Below, one piece after another: positions 1-7,048 of a stretch of DNA of 11,078 nt (the first letter of the stretch is position 1; every line of letters starts with the position of its first letter). A model generated the notes under the pieces. That model was not told the origin of the DNA. It ran no database searches and worked only from the letters and a program-made list of their open reading frames with translations. Position numbers and translations under genes: made by a program. Origin of the DNA: a virus; the IMG/VR virus record IMGVR_UViG_3300035698_031865. One strand, given 5' to 3'.

Positions 1-2
1 AT

Positions 3-428
3 TTGGGTGTGCGTAAAAAGTCAAACAGTTATCTTTCACGGAAAATATTTTGGGACTATTTGGTTCCTAAAATAATTGAGGAGAAGAAAGGAAAATTTAG
101 TAAAACTTATATAAAGAATTTAATTACTATATTATTGGAAAAGGATTATACACTTGCCAAAGTTCGATTTAGTGCTGATAACATTAGTGCATATAAAAAA
201 TCACCAAATGGTATTTATGCACAAATAAGCGAGAAGTATGGTGCAGGTATTCATTTTTTAATTCCAAATACTAAAGGTATTGGAATTGGTAAAGGAAAGA
301 AGTATTGTACACTTGAGGAATATAAAGAACATAATTTACGTATTAGTGATATTGATTTGACAAAGGTTTGGAGAGAGTTAGGATATTTTATCAAACCAAT
401 TATAACAAAAAATATATTTGAGTTTTAA
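3..428 (+). CDS. hypothetical protein, possibly 5'-truncated by the window edge
   Basis: Long ORF (141 aa, TTG at position 3, no upstream stop visible); followed 1 nt later by the next ORF. No family recognised. Confidence 0.6.
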   Translation: MGVRKKSNSYLSRKIFWDYLVPKIIEEKKGKFSKTYIKNLITILLEKDYTLAKVRFSADNISAYKKSPNGIYAQISEKYGAGIHFLIPNTKGIGIGKGKKYCTLEEYKEHNLRISDIDLTKVWRELGYFIKPIITKNIFEF

Positions 429-429
429 A

Positions 430-672
430 ATGAAGAAAATTATAATAAAAAGAATAGAAGGAAAAAAGATATTATTAATTCCTATATTTTTAAATTTGTT
501 TTGTTTTTTAATATGGTTAATGGAATCTCTTGGTGACGATTTAGTAGGTTTTAAAATATTTATCTTGATTGTTTTTGATGTTATATTTACTTTTATTTTT
601 ATTTTATTATTTGATTTAAAATTTAAGATACATAAATATGAAGTTGATGTGGAAGAACAAAAAGAGGATTAA
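430..672 (+). CDS. small two-TM membrane protein (80 aa)
   Basis: ORF MKKIIIKRIEGKKILLIPIFLNLFCFLIWL...; ATG at 430 preferred over the upstream TTG at 418; two hydrophobic stretches and a charged C-terminus. Confidence 0.65.
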   Translation: MKKIIIKRIEGKKILLIPIFLNLFCFLIWLMESLGDDLVGFKIFILIVFDVIFTFIFILLFDLKFKIHKYEVDVEEQKED

Positions 673-673
673 A

Positions 674-880
674 ATGAAGAGGATAAACATTGCAAGGATA
701 TTGCTTATTTTTGCTATTTGTTTATCTATCAAAATGGCTTTTATGATATGGGAAGCAATAAATTATAGTGTACTTATGATATATGCTTTTCCTGTAGGTT
801 TATATTTTCCAATAGTGTCAATTATTATATTGTTTAAAAGTTTTGGAAAGGTGGAAAATGAATTATATAAGAATTGTTAA
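674..880 (+). CDS. small two-TM membrane protein (68 aa)
   Basis: Internal ATG at 674 begins MKRINIARILLIFAICL...; immediately follows the previous stop. Confidence 0.6.
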   Translation: MKRINIARILLIFAICLSIKMAFMIWEAINYSVLMIYAFPVGLYFPIVSIIILFKSFGKVENELYKNC

Positions 881-1055
881 GTATTTAGTCTGTGTGGTTT
901 TATTTTTATGGTATATATTATTTGTATGGTATTTAAGTTTTTTAGATAATTGGATACAGATATTTAAAAGCATAATGATATCTGCAATGATAGTTTTATT
1001 CATTGTATTTATAATTATTAATCTTGGTGATGATATAAAAGATAGATATATATAA
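858..1055 (+). CDS. small two-TM membrane protein (65 aa)
   Basis: ORF MNYIRIVKYLVCVVLFLWYILF...; start preceded by aaaggtgg; overlaps the previous ORF. Confidence 0.6.
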   Translation: MNYIRIVKYLVCVVLFLWYILFVWYLSFLDNWIQIFKSIMISAMIVLFIVFIIINLGDDIKDRYI

Positions 1056-1056
1056 G

Positions 1057-1260
1057 ATGGAACTAACAAAACTTGAAAGGTTTTCGGAAATAAACGATAA
1101 GATAATTTATAATACGATTTATGTAATTGTACCAATAATGTTTATTTTAATGATTTATATTGTTTTTAGTAATTTTGTTTTTTTAGATAAATTTATAGGA
1201 TTATTGCTTACAGGATTTATTTTAGTAGGGAGTATTAGATTAAGGGGATATTTAAAATGA
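1057..1260 (+). CDS. small two-TM membrane protein (67 aa)
   Basis: ATG at 1057, two hydrophobic segments, ATGA overlap with the next ORF. Confidence 0.6.
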   Translation: MELTKLERFSEINDKIIYNTIYVIVPIMFILMIYIVFSNFVFLDKFIGLLLTGFILVGSIRLRGYLK

Positions 1261-1457
1261 AATATATAATAGTATTATTATTTGTAATTGTTTTAGTTGG
1301 TTGTGGTGATAATGCATCAATTAAAGACAACTCATTATATGAACCTGAGTGCCAAGAGGCTTGTTTGGAAAAGAGTTTAACTTTTAATTATCTTGCTGAG
1401 TTTAATGAGAATATCGTTTGTTATTGTGAAAAGACAATAACATTGGATAAAGAATAA
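1257..1457 (+). CDS. small Cys-containing lipoprotein (66 aa)
   Basis: MKYIIVLLFVIVLVGCGDN: short signal peptide with lipobox-like LVGC; C-terminal part has four more Cys (CQEAC, CYC). Confidence 0.65.
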   Translation: MKYIIVLLFVIVLVGCGDNASIKDNSLYEPECQEACLEKSLTFNYLAEFNENIVCYCEKTITLDKE

Positions 1458-1458
1458 A

Positions 1459-1575
1459 ATGTCAGGGGGAGGAGAATGTTATCACACAGTAATAGGCAAA
1501 TTAGAAATAATTGTATATGTAATTATATTTTTATTTTTACTAATAATATTTATGGGGGCATACTTTGGTAAATAA
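1459..1575 (+). CDS. single-TM microprotein (38 aa)
   Basis: Manual translation MSGGGECYHTVIGKLEIIVYVIIFLFLLIIFMGAYFGK*; below the length cutoff of the supplied ORF track. Confidence 0.45.
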   Translation: MSGGGECYHTVIGKLEIIVYVIIFLFLLIIFMGAYFGK

Positions 1576-1921
1576 AGCAAAAAAAGGACAACACAGAGAA
1601 TATTTGGCACGTAAGGAATTGGAGGCGGATGGTTGGTTTATCGTATTCAAAAGTATACGTAATAGATTTGGATGTATTGACTTTGCTAACTTGTTCGATA
1701 TTGTAGCATATAAAGGACAAGATAGATTATATATTAGTTGTAAACATTTTGGTCAAGGTAATTATCATCAACAACACCAAACAGAGATTAGAGAATTTAA
1801 AGCTAAATATGGAAAGGCAAATGAAAGTTACGAGTTGTGGTTGTGGTGTGAGAGAAGATGGAAAGGGAAAGGTAAAGATAAAAAAAATATTAAGGCACAT
1901 CGGAAGGTGGTTATAATATGA
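1565..1921 (+). CDS. PD-(D/E)XK / archaeal Holliday-junction-resolvase-like nuclease candidate (118 aa)
   Basis: KKGQHREYLARKELEADGWFIVFKSIRNRFGCIDFANLFDIVAYKGQDRLYISCKHF has the pattern of N-terminal Glu helix, GW.v..s, FDiva (Asp), then beta strand ending in xxK. TTG start. Confidence 0.6.
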   Translation: MVNKAKKGQHREYLARKELEADGWFIVFKSIRNRFGCIDFANLFDIVAYKGQDRLYISCKHFGQGNYHQQHQTEIREFKAKYGKANESYELWLWCERRWKGKGKDKKNIKAHRKVVII

Positions 1922-2109
1922 GTGCAATAATATTATTAAAAATATCAATTAATTTATGTGTTTTAATTGTATCATTATTAAGTTTATTATTAATTATTAA
2001 TCTTAATGAATTTAAAAAAACAATAATTATCATTTTTTGTTTACTTTTATCAATGATAGGATGTGCTATTTTAAAAAACATGATAGATTATGAAAAGGAG
2101 ATGTTATAA
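1918..2109 (+). CDS. small two-TM membrane protein (63 aa)
   Basis: ATG at 1918 overlapping the previous stop (ATGA); two hydrophobic segments. Confidence 0.6.
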   Translation: MSAIILLKISINLCVLIVSLLSLLLIINLNEFKKTIIIIFCLLLSMIGCAILKNMIDYEKEML

Positions 2110-2110
2110 T

Positions 2111-2317
2111 ATGAGTAAAAACAAAGTTGGATATATCATTGGAATAATTCTTGGGATATATTTATGTATTTATAATATCATTATTGGTTTTATTTTTATG
2201 CATACAGCAAGTATAATTCTATTTGCATTTTTTATGATAATAATAATTATATGTATTTTACTTGGCGTTGTATTAATAAATATTTTATATGATAGATTAA
2301 AAGAGGTGTTAGAATGA
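2111..2317 (+). CDS. small two-TM membrane protein (68 aa)
   Basis: ATG 2111 MSKNKVGYIIGIILGIYLC...; the upstream ATG at 2090 overlaps the previous gene and is less likely. Confidence 0.6.
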   Translation: MSKNKVGYIIGIILGIYLCIYNIIIGFIFMHTASIILFAFFMIIIIICILLGVVLINILYDRLKEVLE

Positions 2318-2409
2318 TAATGCAATTATTAATAATATTCGGTCTTTTTACAGTTTGTTTTGATTTGACATTAATATTTATGCTGTTAATAAAAGGTATG
2401 TTAAGATGA
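2314..2409 (+). CDS. single-TM microprotein (31 aa)
   Basis: Manual translation MIMQLLIIFGLFTVCFDLTLIFMLLIKGMLR*; coupled by overlaps to both neighbours and similar to the microprotein at 2594. Confidence 0.5.
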   Translation: MIMQLLIIFGLFTVCFDLTLIFMLLIKGMLR

Positions 2410-2597
2410 AATTTACTGAACATTTTCGTCTTGGAATTTTTGTATTAATATTAGCAATATTGTCGTTAGGTGTTGGAATTAAATTTATAATTGATAAGTG
2501 GCATCCATTTGCAATTGTTTTATTATTAATAAACATAGTAATAATTTTATTTATTTTAAAAGAATTAAAAATAGAATTAAAAGAGGAAACGGAATGA
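2406..2597 (+). CDS. small two-TM membrane protein (63 aa)
   Basis: ATG 2406, ATGA overlap with the upstream ORF; two hydrophobic segments. Confidence 0.6.
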   Translation: MKFTEHFRLGIFVLILAILSLGVGIKFIIDKWHPFAIVLLLINIVIILFILKELKIELKEETE

Positions 2598-2686
2598 TAA
2601 TGCAATTATTAATTATTGGAATTATAATTGTTGGTATTGATTTTTTATTAGCATTAATATTAATATCTATGGGTGATAAAAAATGA
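2594..2686 (+). CDS. single-TM microprotein (30 aa)
   Basis: MIMQLLIIGIIIVGIDFLLALILISMGDKK from ATG 2594; ATGA overlap with the upstream ORF. Confidence 0.5.
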   Translation: MIMQLLIIGIIIVGIDFLLALILISMGDKK

Positions 2687-2937
2687 AAATAGAATTGTTT
2701 TTAAGGATAGCGAAAAATAAAAGAGGATTTACAGTTAAGGCTGATACAAAATTAATTTGTACTCCATTAATACGTGGTGGTGGATATGGAACAAAGGAAA
2801 ATTTACCAACGGCAATAACGAAATTAAATTTGACAATACCTGATAGTTTATTTAATCCAGTGCGTGCACAAATTAATGCAGAGATTACGGATAGTGATAT
2901 AGAAATTATTGAGGCTGAGGTTGAAGAGGTTGAATGA
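2683..2937 (+). CDS. hypothetical soluble protein (84 aa)
   Basis: ORF MKIELFLRIAKNKRGFTVKADTKLICTPLIRGGGYGTKENLPTAITKLNLTIP...; amphipathic, acidic C-terminus, no TM. Confidence 0.6.
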   Translation: MKIELFLRIAKNKRGFTVKADTKLICTPLIRGGGYGTKENLPTAITKLNLTIPDSLFNPVRAQINAEITDSDIEIIEAEVEEVE

Positions 2938-3010
2938 TGATAATAGAATTTTTAAAAGATAAAAAGATGAGCATAAAATTAGGCATGGTTGATAAGTAAT
3001 CCAAGAATAC

Positions 3011-3068
3011 AAACATTTAAATACTGAATGGAATTAATACCGTTGTAACAAACGGAGGTTATATCAAA
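3011..3068 (+). promoter_or_regulatory. candidate archaeal TATA box and leader with small hairpin and SD upstream of the DUF932-like gene
   Basis: acaaacatttaaatac (TATA-like), hairpin CCGTT-gtaaca-AACGG (3040-3055) running into the GGAGGT SD, ATG at 3069. Confidence 0.5.
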
Positions 3069-4004
3069 ATGGGAAAAGCAGAATACGATGTACATAAATG
3101 TAATAATTTAGCTGAGGTGCAAGCAATTATACCTACGTTGGATATTGCAAGCAAAGTAGATTTATTTCTTAAAGACAATGGCGTAGAAAAAGAGGTTAAA
3201 AATTATAAGGGTATTTATAATAATACTAAAGGGGAGTTCTGTGCGGCTGTGAGTAATGGGTACCATTTAATACAACATAGAGATTATGTACAAGGTTTTG
3301 CAGACGCACTAACAAGACTAAATATAAACCATACAATGGTTGTTAATCAATTTAATAATCGTTTGATTGCTGACATTAAGTTTACAGACAAAATAGAAAA
3401 GTTTGAGAAACTTAATGAGGAGTTTATGACTGGTATCCGTTTAATTAATAGTTATGACAAATCAACAGGTATTATAATGATGCCAAAACTAACAAGGCTT
3501 GCTTGTACAAACGGAATGATATTAACAAAACATATTGAGTCGTTTAGCATTAAACATACAGCAAAAATAGCTGAACAAATACAAGGACTTATTGAGACAA
3601 GTATTGCTGGTATGGTTAATATGTATGTTGACTTAAAGATGTACGTCAGTAGCAGTATTAAGGATAGTATTGAATGGGAGAATGCTTGCAAAATATTAAG
3701 TATATTGTTTAAGATAAAAAAGCATAGAGAAGGCATATTAAAGAACTTAGGATTAAGTGAAATAGAAATAACAAATCCAAAGACAAAGAAAGTTGCAATA
3801 CAATATGTATTCGATGATAAGAAAAATATTAAAGAGAAATTTGATAGGTGGACAATATATAATGCAATAACTGCATATATTTCACATAGTGAACACGTAA
3901 CACCGCATATGGAAAATTGGTTACAAAAGAGTGCAGAGAAAGTATTAACAACACCATTACAAGAGTTAATGCCAAAAATAGAAGTACCACCTATTGGTGC
4001 TTAA
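3069..4004 (+). CDS. DUF932-like phage/plasmid protein (311 aa)
   Basis: Features such as GEFCAAVSNGYHLIQHRDYVQGFADAL, F..GIRLINSYDKSTGIIMMPKLTRLACTNGMIL resemble DUF932 family proteins common in mobile elements. Family assigned from memory of motifs, not a search. Confidence 0.7.
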   Translation: MGKAEYDVHKCNNLAEVQAIIPTLDIASKVDLFLKDNGVEKEVKNYKGIYNNTKGEFCAAVSNGYHLIQHRDYVQGFADALTRLNINHTMVVNQFNNRLIADIKFTDKIEKFEKLNEEFMTGIRLINSYDKSTGIIMMPKLTRLACTNGMILTKHIESFSIKHTAKIAEQIQGLIETSIAGMVNMYVDLKMYVSSSIKDSIEWENACKILSILFKIKKHREGILKNLGLSEIEITNPKTKKVAIQYVFDDKKNIKEKFDRWTIYNAITAYISHSEHVTPHMENWLQKSAEKVLTTPLQELMPKIEVPPIGA

Positions 4005-4017
4005 TTGGGGTGAAAAA

Positions 4018-4290
4018 ATGAATAGAAAAAGATTTATGAATCAAAAAGTTAATGATATGTCGATAGAAGAATTAAAGCAAGTAATAGAATATAAAAAACA
4101 AAAAGTAAAAAATTCGATAGTATTTGAGGATTCAGATAGAAAATGTGAAGTTAGAACTAATGGAAGTATTAAATTAAGTGAAAAAAGAAATAATGCTTTC
4201 TATATTGTTTTTGATGCTGGATTACCAGTACTTTATAAAGCAGTGGATTTATCTAAAAAAATAAGAAATAAAAATGGAAAACGAATTTGA
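4018..4290 (+). CDS. hypothetical protein (90 aa)
   Basis: ATG 4018 preceded by ggggtga; MNRKRFMNQKVNDMSIEELKQVIEYKKQ... Confidence 0.6.
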   Translation: MNRKRFMNQKVNDMSIEELKQVIEYKKQKVKNSIVFEDSDRKCEVRTNGSIKLSEKRNNAFYIVFDAGLPVLYKAVDLSKKIRNKNGKRI

Positions 4291-4642
4291 AGCAATAGGA
4301 GATGATATTTCATTATTGTTAATAAACTGGAAAGAGATTTCAGAAGAAAGGAAACTACTTGAGAAAAAAGAAGGGTTACTTAAGGATAAGATAAAAATCT
4401 TCTTAAAGGAAAAGCATTGGGATAGATATAATGATGTTAAGACAAAAATATCAGTTACAATTACAAGACAGGAAATGGAAAAGATTGATAAGAAACAGTT
4501 ACGCATTATGTTAGGAGAAAGTGAATATGCACAAATAGTGAATAAAACAGTATATGAAAAAATGTTAATTGTAACACCAGAGAGACGAAAACAATTGAAT
4601 AAATTTATAAATGGAGGGGATAAAAATCGGAAAATTAGTTGA
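4274..4642 (+). CDS. hypothetical charged/helical protein (122 aa)
   Basis: ORF MENEFEAIGDDISLLLINWKEISEERKLLEKKEGLLKDKIK..., overlapping the upstream ORF by 17 nt. Confidence 0.65.
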   Translation: MENEFEAIGDDISLLLINWKEISEERKLLEKKEGLLKDKIKIFLKEKHWDRYNDVKTKISVTITRQEMEKIDKKQLRIMLGESEYAQIVNKTVYEKMLIVTPERRKQLNKFINGGDKNRKIS

Positions 4643-5324
4643 TTATGAAATCGATATCAGATTAATAACTGCAAAAACTTTGAATAAAATTAATAAAATA
4701 GAGGAGGAATTTGAACAAAATAAGAAAGTATATAGTGATAAACCAAAAAAACTTTCTAAAATAATTGATAAAAGAAATAAGAAGATTGAAAAGTTAAATT
4801 TAAATAGAGATAAAAAAATAAAAAAATTGGAGGCTAAAATGGCAAAATTGAAATTAGGAAAAAAAGGTTTAGAAATAGAAACACCGCAGGGTGAACAACA
4901 AGAGGCACCAACACAACAACCAATACCACAACAGCAGGAAAGTATGGTACAGGAAGTACAGCCAGAAATGCAACAGCAATTAGGAAACGAAATGGTGCAA
5001 GAAGTTCCACAACAGCAACCACTACAACAAGCACAGGCGCCATTTCAAGAACAGGTACCACAGCAACAGTATCAGCAACCAATGCATCCTGAATTACCAC
5101 AGCAACAATATCAACAACCTGGTATGTCACAACCACAGCAACAACAAGTAGAAGAAGTTGAAGTTATAATAGTGTTGATTAACGATAAGGTATTGCCAAT
5201 AAAAACAGACACAATTAATGTTGCAAATGTTATCGACGATATTAAAGGTAGCATAACAGATAATACACCATTAGAACTAGGAAGTAGAATAATCAATCCT
5301 AGACATATTTTATATATAGAATAA
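4611..5324 (+). CDS. coiled-coil plus Q/P-rich linker protein with distinct C-terminal domain (237 aa)
   Basis: N-terminal Lys/Glu-rich helical region, roughly 90-aa QQ/PQQQYQQP-rich segment, then VEEVEVIIVLINDKVLPIKTDTINVANVIDDIKGSI...; start overlaps the previous gene. Confidence 0.7.
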   Translation: MEGIKIGKLVDYEIDIRLITAKTLNKINKIEEEFEQNKKVYSDKPKKLSKIIDKRNKKIEKLNLNRDKKIKKLEAKMAKLKLGKKGLEIETPQGEQQEAPTQQPIPQQQESMVQEVQPEMQQQLGNEMVQEVPQQQPLQQAQAPFQEQVPQQQYQQPMHPELPQQQYQQPGMSQPQQQQVEEVEVIIVLINDKVLPIKTDTINVANVIDDIKGSITDNTPLELGSRIINPRHILYIE

Positions 5325-5348
5325 ATTTTTATTCGGGGGAATAGGAAA

Positions 5349-5510
5349 ATGGGATGGAAATTAAATAAATATAATTCCGTGAAGGAATTTATGGATGATA
5401 GACGTAATGTAAATAGATGGTTTATTTCTATAATTTTCTTGATAGGAATGTTTTGCGGTGTTACTTTAGCAACTGTATTTTATATAGGAGCTGTTGTATC
5501 ACTACCATGA
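5349..5510 (+). CDS. single-TM small protein (53 aa)
   Basis: Manual translation MGWKLNKYNSVKEFMDDRRNVNRWFISIIFLIGMFCGVTLATVFYIGAVVSLP*; preceded by cggggga; ATGA overlap with the next ORF. Confidence 0.55.
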   Translation: MGWKLNKYNSVKEFMDDRRNVNRWFISIIFLIGMFCGVTLATVFYIGAVVSLP

Positions 5511-5965
5511 AGAATAAGATATTTTTTATTTTAATTTTAATCTTTTCTTTATTTAATTTATTAGATATTATTACGGCATTTTTTATACTGCCAGGTGAAA
5601 GTAATCCAATATATTTGATAGGTGGAGAAGGATTTTTATTATTAATAAAAATTGCAATTAATATTATATTAATTTGGACATATCAGAACAATACATTTTC
5701 AACTCAATTTGTATATTTTAATTTGCTTACTATTACTGTACTTGCAATATTTTTATTTGGTGTTGGAGTGTATGGTAACATTATAGGAATGTTAAATCCT
5801 GAGGTTATAGAATATGCAAGTAATCTATCAACAGGAGAAAAATTACAAAGTTATGGGATAATGGTTGGTTTGTTTGCTGGAGTTCCATTTTTATTTAATC
5901 TAATTACATTTAAACTTTGGCAGCATTCAAAGAAATATATTATTGTTAAGAGGAAAATAAAATGA
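5507..5965 (+). CDS. multi-TM membrane protein, DUF5658-like (152 aa)
   Basis: True start likely ATG 5507 (MKNKIFFILILIFSLFNLLDIITAFFILPGESNPIYLIGGEG...). N..D.ita....gE.NP pattern resembles DUF5658; four hydrophobic segments. Confidence 0.6.
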   Translation: MKNKIFFILILIFSLFNLLDIITAFFILPGESNPIYLIGGEGFLLLIKIAINIILIWTYQNNTFSTQFVYFNLLTITVLAIFLFGVGVYGNIIGMLNPEVIEYASNLSTGEKLQSYGIMVGLFAGVPFLFNLITFKLWQHSKKYIIVKRKIK

Positions 5966-6201
5966 AAAAGAGGATTATAGTATGTATGATTTTATCTATA
6001 TTTTTATTAAGTGGTTGTTTTGGCATAGCTGAGAAATGTAAAGAAGCTGCAAAAATAGATTATGGTATAGAAAATCCAAAATGTAATATGGAGTCTGTTG
6101 GCTTTAATCCAATCAGTTGTGCATGTGTAGAATATATATGTAAAGAAAAAAGTTGTGATAGTTATGATTATGTTACTTTTGATATAAAAAAGAAAAGTTA
6201 A
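5962..6201 (+). CDS. Cys-rich lipoprotein (79 aa)
   Basis: Signal peptide and lipobox MKKRIIVCMILSIFLLSGCFG, then cysteines in KC, KCNM, CACVEYICKEKSC. Confidence 0.65.
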   Translation: MKKRIIVCMILSIFLLSGCFGIAEKCKEAAKIDYGIENPKCNMESVGFNPISCACVEYICKEKSCDSYDYVTFDIKKKS

Positions 6202-6306
6202 ATTTAATTAGTTGGTTGGCAACGGAATGTTTTAAATAAAATTCAAAAAGTTTATATATTGATACTCTTTTATTATAATAAAATGTTAGAACCTGAACAA
6301 GCATTT

Positions 6307-6381
6307 ATGATTGTTGGTGTCTTGTTGGGTCTAGCGTTATTGGGAGGTATTGTATTTACTATATACAATATGTTTAGATAG
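6307..6381 (+). CDS. single-TM microprotein (about 24-32 aa, start uncertain)
   Basis: Hydrophobic frame MIVGVLLGLALLGGIVFTIYNMFR ending in tag, just upstream of gggaggtg; TATA-like tttatatatt ~6251-6260. Upstream start could not be resolved by eye. Confidence 0.35.
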   Translation: MIVGVLLGLALLGGIVFTIYNMFR

Positions 6382-6394
6382 GGAGGTGTCTATA

Positions 6395-6637
6395 ATGCTA
6401 AAATTGTGGCATAAAATATTAATAAGTATTGTGTTAATAGGATTTATTAGTTGGGGCGCTTTATATTTAAATGCTAATGGACAAAGTGCATTTGATAAAA
6501 AGGTAGTTTTAAAATTTCCGGGGGGATGCACTGAGATATATCTTAATGGAAATTTAACTACGGATAAATGTCCTGAACTAGCAAAGACAGGAAAACAACC
6601 ATATGATTTAAGCAATTTAGGTAATGTTACATATTAA
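6395..6637 (+). CDS. secreted/membrane-anchored small protein with Cys pair (80 aa)
   Basis: ATG 6395 preceded by gggaggtg; MLKLWHKILISIVLIGFISWGALYLNANGQSAFDKKVVLKFPGGCTEIYLNGNLTTDKCPEL... Confidence 0.65.
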   Translation: MLKLWHKILISIVLIGFISWGALYLNANGQSAFDKKVVLKFPGGCTEIYLNGNLTTDKCPELAKTGKQPYDLSNLGNVTY

Positions 6638-6642
6638 TTAAA

Positions 6643-6846
6643 ATGGCTGAACAGAGTAAAGCTAGTATCCCTGACATGCTTAAAAAATTAGATGAGATGT
6701 ATGCTAAGCAAGAAGGGATGAAAAAGTATGCAAATAAATTAATGGTGGAATATAAACAATTAGAGGAAGACATTGATTTGTTGCAAAAATTAATTATGTA
6801 TCAAAGTAATAAACAAAATAGGTATAGGAAGTATGTTAAAGGATAA
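6643..6846 (+). CDS. small coiled-coil protein (67 aa)
   Basis: MAEQSKASIPDMLKKLDEMYAKQEGMKKYANKLMVEYKQLEEDIDLLQKLI..., heptad-like pattern. Confidence 0.65.
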   Translation: MAEQSKASIPDMLKKLDEMYAKQEGMKKYANKLMVEYKQLEEDIDLLQKLIMYQSNKQNRYRKYVKG

Positions 6847-6847
6847 G

Positions 6848-7047
6848 ATGTATTTATTGTCGTTGGCTGTCATAATGACTATATTAATGGGTATAATAGG
6901 GGTTATGTATTTGTTATATATATTTTTAAACAGTAGAGTGGTGTTTTAAAATTTGGAAAATGCGAAATTGAATACGTAGGCGAGGGACAACCTAAATGCA
7001 ATGCCCTCATGGGTGCGTATTTAAACGCAAGTTTTTTCAAAAATTAA
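6848..7047 (+). pseudogene. frameshifted (or recoded) paralog of the 6395-6637 secreted protein
   Basis: Frame 1: 6848-6949 MYLLSLAVIMTILMGIIGVMYLLYIFLNSRVVF*; -1 frame from 6943: VLKFGKCEIEYVGEGQPKCNALMGAYLNASFFKN* ending 7047, with no start codon of its own. Composite aligns to VVLKFPGGCTEIYLNGNLTTDKCPEL. Confidence 0.5.
7018..7025 (+). promoter_or_regulatory. candidate TATA box for the tRNA gene
   Basis: TATTTAAA ending ~24 nt upstream of the tRNA 5' end, at typical archaeal spacing; overlaps the preceding reading frame. Confidence 0.35.
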
Positions 7048-7048
7048 A

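Noticed and set aside
418-429. Extended TTG/GTG/ATG starts proposed by the ORF track (418, 638, 843, 2090, 2498, 3994, 5417, 6350, 10296)
   Set aside because: They extend into the preceding genes; internal ATGs at 430, 674, 858, 2111, 2594, 4018, 5507, 6395 and 10302 fit SD spacing and coupling better.
2934-2999. 21-aa ORF MMIIEFLKDKKMSIKLGMVDK overlapping the 2683 gene stop
   Set aside because: ATGA overlap is suggestive but too short and compositionally plain to support without conservation data.
863-4506. Antisense ORFs at 863-1135, 1727-1948, 2378-2605, 3452-3736 and 4249-4506
   Set aside because: Each lies opposite well-supported + strand genes, has AT-rich hydrophobic or low-complexity composition and no convincing SD.
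4834-5136. Antisense ORF of 100 aa (MVVTYQVVDIVAVVIQ...)
   Set aside because: Val/Ala-rich translation is the mirror of the CAA/CAG/CCA-rich sense codons; an artefact of low complexity.
6337-6615. Antisense ORF of 92 aa
   Set aside because: Opposes the well-supported 6395-6637 secreted protein gene; no SD or promoter evidence.
6971-7029. Structured RNA upstream of the tRNA (stems AATACGTA/TGCGTATT, GAGGG/CCCTC, TGCGT/ACGCA)
   Set aside because: The stretch is better explained as the displaced reading frame VLKFGKCEIEYVGEGQPKCNALMG..., which resembles a neighbouring protein; stems are short and mutually overlapping.
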